From NCBI GenBank assembly GCA_963834635.1, contig CAWICI010000001.1, forward strand, positions 12,485-76,484: a stretch of DNA of 64,000 nt, in the 5' to 3' direction. Shown here in pieces: positions 42,036-51,845 of this stretch. The number at the start of each line of letters is the position of its first letter. Position 1 is the stretch's first letter. This stretch comes from an uncultured Solirubrobacterales bacterium. GTDB lineage: Bacteria; Actinomycetota; Thermoleophilia; Solirubrobacterales; Solirubrobacteraceae. Below the pieces are notes generated by a model. The model made no database searches. It was not told the origin of the DNA and worked only from the letters and a program-made list of their open reading frames with translations. Both the position numbers and the translations under genes were made by a program.

Positions 42036-42103
42036 TCGGGAAAACTACGCACGTCCCGCTCGGAGTGCGGCTCCGCGCCGCATGCGATGTGGCCAACTAC
42101 CGA
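42036..42103. promoter_or_regulatory. two copies of the recurring 16-bp motif (TCGGGAAAACTACGCA; TGTGGCCAACTACCGA)
   Basis: Divergent intergenic region; similar 16-mers at 45370, 57044, 57704, 57723, 59701, 62274. Confidence 0.6.
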
Positions 42104-42164
42104 TGCATCTTGGCCGTGGCCGACGCATGCTGGCGGATAGGTGTCACACGGATCCAGTTCAGCG

Positions 42165-43307
42165 ATGGAGCGAAAGCGCGTAGTGATCGCAGGTGGGGGG
42201 TTTGCGGCGCTCGAAGCGGCGCTCGCGCTGCGGGCGCTGGCCAAAAATCGGGTGGACCTGGCCATGATCTCTCCTAGCGCGAACTTCTCCTACCGCCCAG
42301 CGGCGACGATCGAGGCGTTCGACGAGTCGCCGCCGCCGCGGTTTGACCTCGGGCAGATCGCGGCCGATTTGGACGCGACCTACGACCGCGACGCGCTCGA
42401 GGCGGTGGCGCCGAAGCAGCGATTCGTGCGGCTGGCGTCCGGGGCCATACTTGATTATGACTTCCTGGTCCTAGCGGTGGGAGCCCGACCGACGCCCGCG
42501 GTCCCGGGAGCGCTGACGTTTCGCGACCAGCGCGACCTACCCCGCTTCAGGGTCCTGCTGGACGAGCTAGCCGCGGGGGGCATCGGCAGCCTTGTGTTTG
42601 CGGTGCCATCTCGCGACGCCTGGTCGCTGCCCGTGTACGAGCTTGCATTGATGTCCGCGAGGCATGCCGAGAGGCATGACGCGACCGTCGAAATCGTCGT
42701 GGTCACTCCCGAGGAGGCGCCGCTTGCGGTCTTCGGGCCACACGCCTCCCGCTTGGTCGCCAAACTGCTTTGGGAGCGAGGGATCAGGTTTGAGGGGAGT
42801 TCGATCCCCCACAGCGTCCGCCCCGACGGATCGCTGGCTCTTCAGTTCGACGCCCCGATCGACGCGGACCGCGTCGTCGCCGTCCCGGAGCTTCATGGTC
42901 CGCGAATCACGGGCCTCCCCGCGAACTGGGCAGGGTTCGTGCCTACTGACAGCCTCGGCCGAGTGGAGGGATTCGCCGACGTGTACGCCGCGGGGGACAT
43001 GAGCACCTACCCGATCAAGCAGGGCGGCCTGGCCGCCCAGCAGGCGGATCTGATCGCACAGACAATCGCCGCGGAGCTCGGCGCTCCGGTCAAGGAGCTA
43101 CGCCAGAACCGGATCCTCCGGGCAAGGTTTCTCGATGGCGAGGGGGCGGTCGCGCTGCGCACCGAGCTTGACGCATGGGGCCAGCCCACGGGGGCGACGC
43201 TCGAGCACCAAGAGTCTCGACACGCTCCGGACCTGAAGGTGTTCGGCCTTTACCTGACCCCATATCTGTCGATCCACCGCTCGCGGCTCGAGAGATCTCC
43301 GGCTTAG
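42165..43307 (+). CDS. FAD-dependent oxidoreductase of SQR/NDH-2-like fold, no cysteines
   Basis: VVIAGGGFAA, YDFLVLAVGA, WSLPVYE, VYAAGD, KQGGLAAQQA. Confidence 0.85.
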   Translation: MERKRVVIAGGGFAALEAALALRALAKNRVDLAMISPSANFSYRPAATIEAFDESPPPRFDLGQIAADLDATYDRDALEAVAPKQRFVRLASGAILDYDFLVLAVGARPTPAVPGALTFRDQRDLPRFRVLLDELAAGGIGSLVFAVPSRDAWSLPVYELALMSARHAERHDATVEIVVVTPEEAPLAVFGPHASRLVAKLLWERGIRFEGSSIPHSVRPDGSLALQFDAPIDADRVVAVPELHGPRITGLPANWAGFVPTDSLGRVEGFADVYAAGDMSTYPIKQGGLAAQQADLIAQTIAAELGAPVKELRQNRILRARFLDGEGAVALRTELDAWGQPTGATLEHQESRHAPDLKVFGLYLTPYLSIHRSRLERSPA

Positions 43308-43479
43308 CCGACCCCGGGACTGGAGCCTAAGCCTCGGCGGGAGCGCCTGGGTGATGCGCTCTGATAGCTGCAGCCGCCAGGTCCGGACCTCCCGTTCAGC
43401 AGGCGCGGAGCTTGTCGCGTCTGGACGCCGGCCTGGTCCGCGGCTCAGGAGCTGACCCCGACGCGTAACCGTTATGAGC

Positions 43480-44457
43480 CTATGGGCGAGCTCGGCCGAT
43501 CCCGCGGTAGTGCACGCGCCAAATCAGTTTGTAGATCGGAATCCAGCGCGGGATCCGGTTGATCACCGGCAAGTAGGGGATCAAGATGAAGAGCAGGCTG
43601 AGCACGCCCATCACCGCCATGACCAAGACGTCAGCATTGGCCGAGGTCGAGAACGGCTTGATCTGGTACCAGAAGGTATACAGCCACAGCCAGACCTGAC
43701 CCGGATAGCTCCCGGTTTCGTTCATCATTCCCCACTGATCGCCGCTGAGGTGCTCGGCGTCCGCCCGGTTCGCGAGCAGACCCCCATCGGCGATGAAGAG
43801 AAGCGGCTTGGTGTAGTCGGTCTGGTAGAACTGGCGGCTGGTCAGGAGCGCCCCATCGAGACCGCCAGATTGGGCGAAGTTGGTCAGACCCTGCATCATC
43901 GTGGGCAGAGGGCCATAGCCAGAGCCGGGCACCGTGATCGAGCCGTTGCCGTTGGCGGTGGCCTTTCCCAGGCCCTTCTCATAGGCACTAGTCCACGCTG
44001 TCTGCTGCTTGGCGGAAGCGTCTTCGTACGTAGTGACGGCGCTCTGGAGCGCCGGCTGACCGGTGATCGAGCGCAGTGGCGCGAGGATGAAGTCTTGTGC
44101 CGTATTGACCGGGTGGCTAACTCCGAGCCATTTCTGCAGGCGGATAAAGGCAATGTGCTGGCCGTCCGAGGCATGGTTGTAGGGAGGCCCGTAGCCGCCG
44201 GTTCCGCTCGACCCGTCGAGTTCGGTGGTGGCGGTGGTGACGAAGTCGACCGGGTCCGTTCGCGCCCACGACTTGATCGTCGTCGACTTTTCGTCCGGCG
44301 AGGAGAAGAGGATCGTCAGCACCACGGCCAGAGCTAGGATCACGCCGAAGGCGATCGAGGCTTCCTTGACCAGGTCATAGGGCCGGTAACCGCCCGCCCA
44401 GGTTGCGTAGCTCTCGTCCTCGTGACGGCGGGCCGCTCGGCGTTCCGACCAAGTCAC
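43480..44457 (-). CDS. membrane protein resembling cytochrome b subunit IV with a large inserted soluble loop
   Basis: PYDLVKEA-TM at the N-terminus; YPGQVWLWLYTFWYQI then TM-LIPYLP at the C-terminus; overlaps the cyt b stop. Confidence 0.6.
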   Translation of the reverse strand: MTWSERRAARRHEDESYATWAGGYRPYDLVKEASIAFGVILALAVVLTILFSSPDEKSTTIKSWARTDPVDFVTTATTELDGSSGTGGYGPPYNHASDGQHIAFIRLQKWLGVSHPVNTAQDFILAPLRSITGQPALQSAVTTYEDASAKQQTAWTSAYEKGLGKATANGNGSITVPGSGYGPLPTMMQGLTNFAQSGGLDGALLTSRQFYQTDYTKPLLFIADGGLLANRADAEHLSGDQWGMMNETGSYPGQVWLWLYTFWYQIKPFSTSANADVLVMAVMGVLSLLFILIPYLPVINRIPRWIPIYKLIWRVHYRGIGRARP

Positions 44458-45150
44458 GATGCGTCCTCCGGCGCTTGGACCGTGCCCTCGGCCGCCGCCG
44501 GGGGCTCCTGCATGGACGCAAGCCGGTCATTGGGCGAAATCGGCGGCACGACCCCGTGTTTGCGCACGAGCAGTACATGGCCCACGACGAGCGCCACCAC
44601 CGCCGCTGGTAGCAGCAGCACGTGATAGCTGTACATCTGCCCGAAGTTCAGAAGGTTGAAGAACGAGCCGACACCGACCGAGTTCATCGCGTCCTTGGCC
44701 TGGGTCGAGATCCACTGGGCGTCGAAGTTCTGTTGAGAGACATAGCCGGTCAGCGCGCACGGGAATCGCCACCAGGAAGGTCACCGCGCCGGTGATCCAC
44801 ACCCGGGCGCGTCCGCCCCTCCACGCCGCCATCCAGTACTTCCCCCACAGGTGAATGACCATGAAGAAGAAGAACAGCTCCACCGACCAGAGATGGATGC
44901 TGTTGAAGAAGTGCCCGACGCCCGTGAAGTGCCACCAGCCTGGCCCCTTCAGCGCAAGGATCGTGCCGGAGAGGATGATCACCGCCAGCGCGCTGAGCGA
45001 CAGCACCCCGAACACGTAGATCCATGAGGCGACGTAGGTCGGCTGCTTGTCGGCTAAGAGCTTCTCGGGCGGCAGCGCCTCGACTGCGCGCTGGCGGAGG
45101 CGAAGCGTCCAGGACTTGCTCGGTACCTCGGGCGGCTCGGTGACGCTCAT
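44454..45150 (-). CDS. cytochrome b6-like short cytochrome b; frameshift near 44760
   Basis: SIHLWSVELFFFFMVIHLW and YHVLLLPAAVVALVVGH give four His ligands; WITG, LTGY, RKHGVVPP. Confidence 0.85.
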
Positions 45151-45311
45151 TGCTGGCTTCCCGCGCCTTCGTGATGGGGGAACGGCAGCGCGATCGCCAG
45201 CGCGAACACGACGAACATCACCGCGATCACGATCACATTCGACAGCGACAGCGTGATGAAGTGCCAGTGGACGTAGGTGGCGTGGTGGTTGAGGTTGAAC
45301 ACGGCGGCCAT
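45147..45311 (-). CDS. 54-aa His-rich single-TM protein
   Basis: MAAVFNLNHHATYVHWHF...ALPFPHH; ATGA overlap with cyt b. Confidence 0.7.
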   Translation of the reverse strand: MAAVFNLNHHATYVHWHFITLSLSNVIVIAVMFVVFALAIALPFPHHEGAGSQQ

Positions 45312-45369
45312 GAATTGGCACGCTACGGGCCGCGGCGGATGCGTCCATCCGTAGCGGCGCGCGGGGCGT

Positions 45370-45385
45370 TGCGGGAAACTACCGA
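45370..45385. promoter_or_regulatory. recurring 16-bp motif TGCGGGAAACTACCGA
   Basis: Divergent region between the cyt b operon and the phasin-like gene. Confidence 0.6.
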
Positions 45386-45468
45386 TACGCCCGCTCGGCG
45401 CTTGCTCGCTTGCAAAAGCAGTGCTAATCTGCAAGCACTAACCTCTCTCTCAATCTCAGGAGCAAGCA

Positions 45469-45747
45469 ATGACCACCACCCAGACCAAGAACGGAACGCC
45501 TCCGATCGACGCGGCGTTCGAGCAAGTGAAGGAGTTGAATGAGCAGTTCCTGGCCGCCGGTCGCAAGGCCGGCAACCTGTACGTCGACTCCTACGAGAAG
45601 GTGGTCGGCCGAACGATCGAGCTCGAGCGCAAGGTCGCCGGGATGACCCAGCAGGAATGGCTCAAGGCCGTGATCGAGGCCCAGGCCGACTTCGCCCGCG
45701 AGCTGGCCGAGTCCTACACCACCGCGGCGCGCAGCCTACTCAAGTAG
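45469..45747 (+). CDS. phasin-like granule-associated helical protein
   Basis: 92-aa amphipathic helical protein; AGGAG RBS; PHA context. Confidence 0.6.
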   Translation: MTTTQTKNGTPPIDAAFEQVKELNEQFLAAGRKAGNLYVDSYEKVVGRTIELERKVAGMTQQEWLKAVIEAQADFARELAESYTTAARSLLK

Positions 45748-45767
45748 GCCCTGCCCGATTCCGTGTG

Positions 45768-45796
45768 AGAGCGCCGATGGGACCCATCGGCGCTCT
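45768..45796 (+). terminator. perfect 14-bp inverted repeat after the phasin-like gene
   Basis: AGAGCGCCGATGGG-A-CCCATCGGCGCTCT. Confidence 0.6.
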
Positions 45797-45818
45797 TCGT
45801 CTGAAAAGGAGGTCGACG

Positions 45819-46986
45819 ATGAACGCCGTGCCGCAGTGCCCTCCCGTTGGTCTGCCAGGGTCCTCCTCCGGCCTTCTTGACAGCTGGCTGGAAGGCTGGG
45901 CCGCTGCCCTCACCGGGTTCGCGGAGTGCCTATCGGCGGCGCTCACGGCGCGGTCCGGCGACGCTCGACGTTGCCCGCTGGCTCGAGCTCACGTCGTCGC
46001 GACGACCGCCGTCGTGGTCAACGCCCCACAAGGTCGTGTTCGAGACGCCGATCGCCCGGATGCGGGACTTCACGACCTCACGGCCGCGCGGGCTGGTCCC
46101 GACGCTGGTGCTCCCGCCCCAGGCGGGTCATGACTCGTGCATCGTCGACTACTCCGCAGCGCAGAGCCAGATGCGAACAATCCTCGGCTCTGGGCTGACG
46201 CGCGCCGTGTCGCTGGACTGGATCGGCGCCAGCGCCGAAACCGCCGACGCGTCGATTGACGACTACCTGGAGGTGGTCGATCGCGCAGTCGAGTATTGCG
46301 GCGGCAAGGCCAACCTGATCGGCGACTGCCAGGGCGGCTGGCTCGCCACGATCTACGCCGCGCTCCGCCCGGAGCGGGTCAACACCCTGACCCTCGCGGG
46401 TGCGCCGATCGACTTCCACGCCGGCGAGCCGGTGATCCACGACGTGCTGCGGCGCCTGGCGCCGGGAGGGGACCTGCGCTTCTACGAGGCGCTGGTCGCG
46501 GCGGGCGGCGGCGTCCTGAAGGGCGGGCACATGCTCGCCGGCTTCATCGCGATCAAGCCGGGTGATGAGATCTCGCGTCAGCTGGAGCTGCTGGCGCACC
46601 TCGACGATCCCGGCCACGTCGCCCGCTATCGGGAGTTCGAGGACTGGTTCAAGCACACCCAGGACATCCCAGGAGCGTTCTACCTGTGGATCGTGCGCCA
46701 CCTGTTCCGCGACAACGAGCTCGTTCGCGGATCGTTGAAGATCGCGAACCAGCGGGTGGACCTGGCGGCAATCAACATGCCGCTTCACCTGTTGGCCGGC
46801 GCGAACGACCACATCACCCCGCCCGACCAGGTGTTCGCGATCGCCGACCACGTCTCCACGCCGAAGTCGCTGCTCCGGACCGATCTGGCCCCGGGCGGCC
46901 ATCTTGGGCTATTCATGGGTCATCAGGCGCTCCGCGAGCACTGGCCGCCCCTGCTCGCAGAGGTGTTGAGCCACTCGGTGGCGTGA
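45819..46986 (+). CDS. intracellular PHB depolymerase-like alpha/beta hydrolase; frameshift near 45955
   Basis: AGGAGG RBS; PPQAGHDS, GDCQGG, GAPID, NDHITP, GGHLGLF. Confidence 0.72.
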
Positions 46987-47013
46987 CCGACGCCTATCCG
47001 CGACACTTTGCCG

Positions 47014-47472
47014 ATGGCGCCACATCGCACGTTCTCGCCAGAAGAGGCCCGAGCAATCGGTGAGCGGATCGGGATCGACTGGAGCAGCTCACGGTTCGAT
47101 GTGAAGCAGTTCCAAATGGGCCTCGAAGTCGAGCTCGAGCACGGGCGCCTAGACCCGGCGACCAACGTCAGCGACGACGATGAGGTCACGACCGGCAAGA
47201 TCGCCTGGGCGCACCTCAACGAGTTTCCTGACTACTACACGCGCTTGGCGAAGATGGAGGCGGAGGCGGAGCGGTACTGGAGCGAGCGGGAGCGACGAGA
47301 TCCAGACCGCGGGGAACCGCCGGAAGCTCGGCGAGGAACCCACCCCGGCGAGGAAGGGGAGCCGACCGGCGGCCCCTCGGTGCCGGAGGACGAGGACGTC
47401 GTTCCGGGCCGTCATTCGGCGAGCGCTGAGGCCGCCCGGCTTCGCTGGAGAGAAACGCACGACGACAGCTAG
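47014..47472 (+). CDS. DUF5661-like hypothetical protein
   Basis: QFQMGLEVELEHG, KIAWAHLNEFPDYYTRL. Confidence 0.75.
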   Translation: MAPHRTFSPEEARAIGERIGIDWSSSRFDVKQFQMGLEVELEHGRLDPATNVSDDDEVTTGKIAWAHLNEFPDYYTRLAKMEAEAERYWSERERRDPDRGEPPEARRGTHPGEEGEPTGGPSVPEDEDVVPGRHSASAEAARLRWRETHDDS

Positions 47473-47514
47473 CACGATCAGCGCCCTTGGCGAGCACGTA
47501 CGCTCGCGTCGCCG

Positions 47515-48261
47515 CTAGCGCGCCGTCCAGCCCTGGTCCATCGTCACCGGCACGCCGGTGAACGCACGGCCGGCTGGGCCGGCCAGGAACGCCACGAGCT
47601 CCCCGACCTCGGCGGGCTCGATCAGCTCCTTGACCGCGTGCGGGGCGAGGATCACGTCCTGCAGCACCCGCTCCTCGGGCACGCCGTGCGCGCGGGCCTG
47701 GTCGGCGATCTGCTTCTCGACCAGCGGCGTGCGCACGTATCCCGGGCACACCGCGGTCGCGGTGATCCGGTGCTCGGCTCCCTCGAGCGCCAAGGTCTTG
47801 ACGAGGCCGAGCACGCCGTGCTTGGCGGACACGTATGCCGCCTTGAACGGCGACGCGACGAGCGCGTGCACCGAGGCGATTGCGATGAACCGGCCGGCAC
47901 CGCTGTCGCGCAGCGCCGGCCAGGCGTGCTTAGCGAGCAGGAACGGGCTGGTCAGCATCAGCGCAATGATCGTGTCCCACCGCTCCTCGGGGAACTCGTC
48001 GATCGGCGCCACGTGCTGGACGCCGGCGTTGGGCACGATCACATCGAGGCGGCCGAAGCGTTCGATCGCCGCCGCCACCGCGCCGGCATTGGCGTCGGCG
48101 GCGGTGAGGTCCGCCGCGTGCCCCACGCCGGGGCCCTCGGGATCGGGCTGCAGATCGACCGCCAGCACATTCATCCCGGCAGCATCCAGGCGCCCCGCCA
48201 CGGCGCGGCCGATCCCGCTCGCCGCGCCGGTGACGAGCGCGGCCTTGCCCTCCAGGCTCAT
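47515..48261 (-). CDS. bdhA: D-3-hydroxybutyrate dehydrogenase
   Basis: TGAASGIG, NAGVQHVAPIDEFP, SVHALVASPFKAAYVSAKHG, CPGYVRTPLV. Confidence 0.9.
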   Translation of the reverse strand: MSLEGKAALVTGAASGIGRAVAGRLDAAGMNVLAVDLQPDPEGPGVGHAADLTAADANAGAVAAAIERFGRLDVIVPNAGVQHVAPIDEFPEERWDTIIALMLTSPFLLAKHAWPALRDSGAGRFIAIASVHALVASPFKAAYVSAKHGVLGLVKTLALEGAEHRITATAVCPGYVRTPLVEKQIADQARAHGVPEERVLQDVILAPHAVKELIEPAEVGELVAFLAGPAGRAFTGVPVTMDQGWTAR

Positions 48262-48698
48262 TTCTTGCGTGTGCGGCTGCGCGACCGCGGTGCCGAGGAT
48301 GCGCGAGCAGAGGCGCCGCGCGAGCCGCGGCGAGCGCGCGGCGCCGCGGACGCGCGAGGAGAGGCCGCGAGGAACGCCTGGTAGATCTCGCGCAGCGCCG
48401 TGCGCTGGCGCGCGGTGAGGCGCTGGTCGGCGGCGATCGCGTCGAGCACGGCGCTGTCCTCGCCCTCCTCCCCGGGCGGTGTGACTCCGGCCTGCTCGTA
48501 GAGCGCGTCCGAGGAGACCTTCAGCGTCTTCGCGATCGCGTCGAGCACCTGCTCGGACGGCGCCCGCAGGCCGCGCTCGATCTGCGACAGGTAGGGGTTT
48601 GAGATCCCCGCCAGCTCGGCGAACTGGCGCATCGACAGCTCGGCGAGCTCGCGCTGCTGGCGGATGATCTCTCCAATCGCGGATGGGCGACTTGGCAT
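48258..48698 (-). CDS. XRE-family regulator (Rv0474-like) with basic C-terminal tail
   Basis: IRQQRE..SMRQFAELAGISNPYLSQIERGLRAPS...LY..AG, LTARQR. Confidence 0.88.
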   Translation of the reverse strand: MPSRPSAIGEIIRQQRELAELSMRQFAELAGISNPYLSQIERGLRAPSEQVLDAIAKTLKVSSDALYEQAGVTPPGEEGEDSAVLDAIAADQRLTARQRTALREIYQAFLAASPRASAAPRARRGSRGASARASSAPRSRSRTRKK

Positions 48699-48723
48699 CG
48701 TGGCGGACAGGATATGCCCGGGC

Positions 48724-49908
48724 TCAGGCGGCGTTGCGGATGATCGCGGCCTGGCCCTGCCCGCCGCCGACGCAGAGCGTGGCCAGGCCGCGCCGCGAGT
48801 CGCGGCGGCGCATCTCGTGCAAAAGAGTGACGAGGATCCGTCCGCCGCTGGCACCGATTGGGTGCCCGAGCGCGATCGCTCCGCCATGGGGGTTGATCAG
48901 CTCGTCGTCGATGTCGAGCTCCCTGAGTACTGCGAGCGACTGCGCCGCGAATGCCTCGTTGAGCTCGAACAGGTCGATGTCGCCCAGCTCAAGCCCCGCC
49001 CTGGCGAGCGCCTTGCGCATGGCGGGCACCGGGCCGATGCCCATGATCTTCGGCTCGACGCCGACCGAGGCGTAGCTCTCGACCGTCCCAAACGTCCGGA
49101 GGCCGCGTTCGTTGGCCTTGCTCGCCGACATCACGACGATCGCCGACGCGCCGTCGTTGATCCCTGAGGCATTGCCGGCGGTCACCGTGCCGCCGTCGCG
49201 GCGGAACGCTGGGCGCAGCTTCGCCAGCGTGTCGGCTGTCGTTCCCGCTCGGGGCGCCTCATCGTTCTCGACCTGGCGCGTCCCGCCCTTCACCGGTGCC
49301 TCGATCGGCACGATCTCGTCCTTGAAGATCCCCTCGGCGACGGCGCGCTCGGCCTTCTGCTGGCTGCTGGCCGCGAACTCGTCCTGTTCTTCGCGGCTGA
49401 TCCCGTATTGCTCGGCGAGGTTCTCAGCGGTGATGCCCATGTGGATGTCGTTGAACGCATCCCAGAGGCCGTCGTGGACCATCGAGTCGATCAACTGGGC
49501 GTCGCCCATCCGCGCGCCGAAGCGCCCGGACGGCATCAGATACGGAGCGCGCGTCATGTTCTCCATACCGCCCGCTACAACGACGTCGACGTCGCCCGCG
49601 CGGATCATCTGCGAGGCGATCGCAACTGCCTTGAGGCCCGATCCGCAGACCATGTTGATCGTCGTCGCGGGCACCTCCTTGGGGATTCCCGCGCCGATCG
49701 CCGCCTGGCGCGCTGGGTTCTGTCCGAGTCCGGCCGTGAGAACGCAGCCGAGCACCACCTCGTCCACATCCTCGCCGGCGATCCCGGCCCGCTCGAGCGC
49801 GGCGCGCACAATCTGCGCCCCGAGCTCGGTGGCCGGCACGTCTTTGAGCTGCCCGCCGAAGCTGCCCACCGGCGTACGGACTGCGCTGACTATCACCGCA
49901 TCGTTCAT
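48724..49908 (-). CDS. phaA: acetyl-CoA acetyltransferase (beta-ketothiolase)
   Basis: [27 protein letters not shown]. Confidence 0.93.
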   Translation of the reverse strand: MNDAVIVSAVRTPVGSFGGQLKDVPATELGAQIVRAALERAGIAGEDVDEVVLGCVLTAGLGQNPARQAAIGAGIPKEVPATTINMVCGSGLKAVAIASQMIRAGDVDVVVAGGMENMTRAPYLMPSGRFGARMGDAQLIDSMVHDGLWDAFNDIHMGITAENLAEQYGISREEQDEFAASSQQKAERAVAEGIFKDEIVPIEAPVKGGTRQVENDEAPRAGTTADTLAKLRPAFRRDGGTVTAGNASGINDGASAIVVMSASKANERGLRTFGTVESYASVGVEPKIMGIGPVPAMRKALARAGLELGDIDLFELNEAFAAQSLAVLRELDIDDELINPHGGAIALGHPIGASGGRILVTLLHEMRRRDSRRGLATLCVGGGQGQAAIIRNAA

Positions 49909-49911
49909 GGC

Positions 49912-50769
49912 CTACATCTCCTGGCCACCGTTGACGGCGAGCACGGCTCCGGTGATGAAGGAGGAGTGGTCGGAGGCGAGGAAGTGGACCACGCGCGCGA
50001 TCTCGTCCGGCCGGCCGAGCCGTCCGACGGGGATCTGTGCCTTGATCCGCTCCAGCACCTTCTCGGGAATGTGCTCCAGCATCTCGGTCGCGATGAACCC
50101 CGGGGCGACCGCGTTGACGGTGAGCCCGATCGAGTCCTCCTGCAGCCTTTCGGCGCGAGCGAGCTGAAAGCACGCCTCGCGCGCAAGCGTCTTGGTCAGC
50201 CCGAACAACCCGGACTTCGACGCCGCGTAGTTGGCCTGCCCGACGTTGCCGATCTCGCCGATGATCGAGCTGATGTTGATGATCCGACCGGTGCCGCGGT
50301 CGATCATGTGCGGCAGCGCTGCCTGACTCATGAAGAACGCGCCTGACAGGTTGACCGCGATCACCTTGTACCAGTCTTCGTCGGTCATCTTCAGAACGGT
50401 CTTGTCGATCGTGATCCCGGCGTTGTTGACGAGGATGTCGAGCCGGCCGTGCGCCTCGATCACCTCGGCGATCGTGCGCCGGCAGTCCTCGGCCGAGCCG
50501 ACGTTGCCCTGGTGCACGCTGGCGTCCACGCCGTGGTCGCGGAGCTGGGCCAGCAGGCGCCCCGCGCGGTCCGCGTCTTTGCCGTAGCCGGCGGCGACGA
50601 TCGCGCCCTGCTCGGCGAAGCTCTGGCTGATCGCGGCGCCGATCCCGCGCGTACCGCCCGTGACGAACACCACCCGGCCGGTCATCCGCGGACGGCGACG
50701 GTCCGCTGGAAAGACGTGGCTCTCAGGCGGGATCACGGTGGGAGGGGATGTCGATGCGCTCGGGGTCAT
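49912..50769 (-). CDS. phaB: acetoacetyl-CoA reductase
   Basis: TGGTRGIG, NNAGIT.D, GQANYAASK, NGGQEM; lies between phaC and phaA. Confidence 0.85.
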   Translation of the reverse strand: MTPSASTSPPTVIPPESHVFPADRRRPRMTGRVVFVTGGTRGIGAAISQSFAEQGAIVAAGYGKDADRAGRLLAQLRDHGVDASVHQGNVGSAEDCRRTIAEVIEAHGRLDILVNNAGITIDKTVLKMTDEDWYKVIAVNLSGAFFMSQAALPHMIDRGTGRIINISSIIGEIGNVGQANYAASKSGLFGLTKTLAREACFQLARAERLQEDSIGLTVNAVAPGFIATEMLEHIPEKVLERIKAQIPVGRLGRPDEIARVVHFLASDHSSFITGAVLAVNGGQEM

Positions 50770-50792
50770 GGGTCTCTCCTGTGTTTTGGTGT

Positions 50793-51845
50793 TCAGCGTT
50801 CTGAGCGTTCGGTCAGCCAGGCGGCGAGCTCCGGCCAGATCTCCCTCCGCGCGGCGGAGCCGGCGATCAGCCCGATGTGCCCGCCCGGACGGTCGAAGTG
50901 GGTGACGTCCTCGCTCGAGACGAGGTCGAAGATCGGCATCGTCCCCTCGCGCGGGGCGATGTGGTCGGCGCCAGCGGTCACGACGAGCAGGTTCTGCTCG
51001 ACACGGCGGAGGTCGACACGGCGCCCGCGCAGGCGGACCCGGCCCGCCACGAGCGCGTCGTCCTGGTAGAGCCAGCGGATCCACTCAGACCAGGCGCGGC
51101 CCGGGAACGGCGGGTTGTCGGCGACCCACTTGGCCATCGGCTGGTAGGCCTCGCGCCGCGCGCTCCCGTCGAGCACGCCCTGCCCCAGACGGCGGTAGGT
51201 CGTGAAGAAGTTCGTGACCGGCTTGAGCAGCTTGTTGGCGAAATCAATCGACGACCCGGGCAGCACCCGCCACTGGTCCGCGATCCGTTCGCTGTCGAGG
51301 TCATCGACCCACCGTGCGTACGTAGAGCAGCGGCCGTCGACGGGCATCGTCAGCAGCGCCAGGTTCCGCACCGGGGTCTGGTCAGAACCGCGGTCGAGCC
51401 CGCAGTACATCGCGCACAGCGTCGCGCCCATGCACCACCCCATCAGCGTCAACTCCTCCGCGCCGGAGGCGCGGAGCGTCTCGCGGATCGCCCAGTGCAG
51501 CTCGTCGCACACGTAGTCTTCGAGGCCCATCTCTGCGTCCTCCTCGTCGGGCACGCCCCAGTCGACCAGGAACACGTCGAACCCCTCGCCCAGCAGGTAC
51601 TCCACCAGCGATCCGCCGGGCTTGAGGTCGAAGATCTCCGGCCGGTTGATCAGCGCGAACACCAGCAGGAGCGGGACCTCGTGGGAGCGCTCCGAGGAGC
51701 GGTAGCGGTACAGCGTCGTTCCCCGATGCGTCCACACGACCTCGCGCGGCGTCGCGCCGACGACCGCATCGTCGGTCGTGAGCAGGACGTTCGTGAACTC
51801 CGCCGCGGCCGCGGGCGCCCGCCACGTCTTCTCGAGCACGTTCAT
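50793..51845 (-). CDS. phaC: class III/IV-size PHA synthase catalytic subunit
   Basis: TPREVVW, LINRPEIFDL, VDWG, GWCMGA, ADHIA, GGHIG; about 350 aa. Confidence 0.88.
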   Translation of the reverse strand: MNVLEKTWRAPAAAAEFTNVLLTTDDAVVGATPREVVWTHRGTTLYRYRSSERSHEVPLLLVFALINRPEIFDLKPGGSLVEYLLGEGFDVFLVDWGVPDEEDAEMGLEDYVCDELHWAIRETLRASGAEELTLMGWCMGATLCAMYCGLDRGSDQTPVRNLALLTMPVDGRCSTYARWVDDLDSERIADQWRVLPGSSIDFANKLLKPVTNFFTTYRRLGQGVLDGSARREAYQPMAKWVADNPPFPGRAWSEWIRWLYQDDALVAGRVRLRGRRVDLRRVEQNLLVVTAGADHIAPREGTMPIFDLVSSEDVTHFDRPGGHIGLIAGSAARREIWPELAAWLTERSER

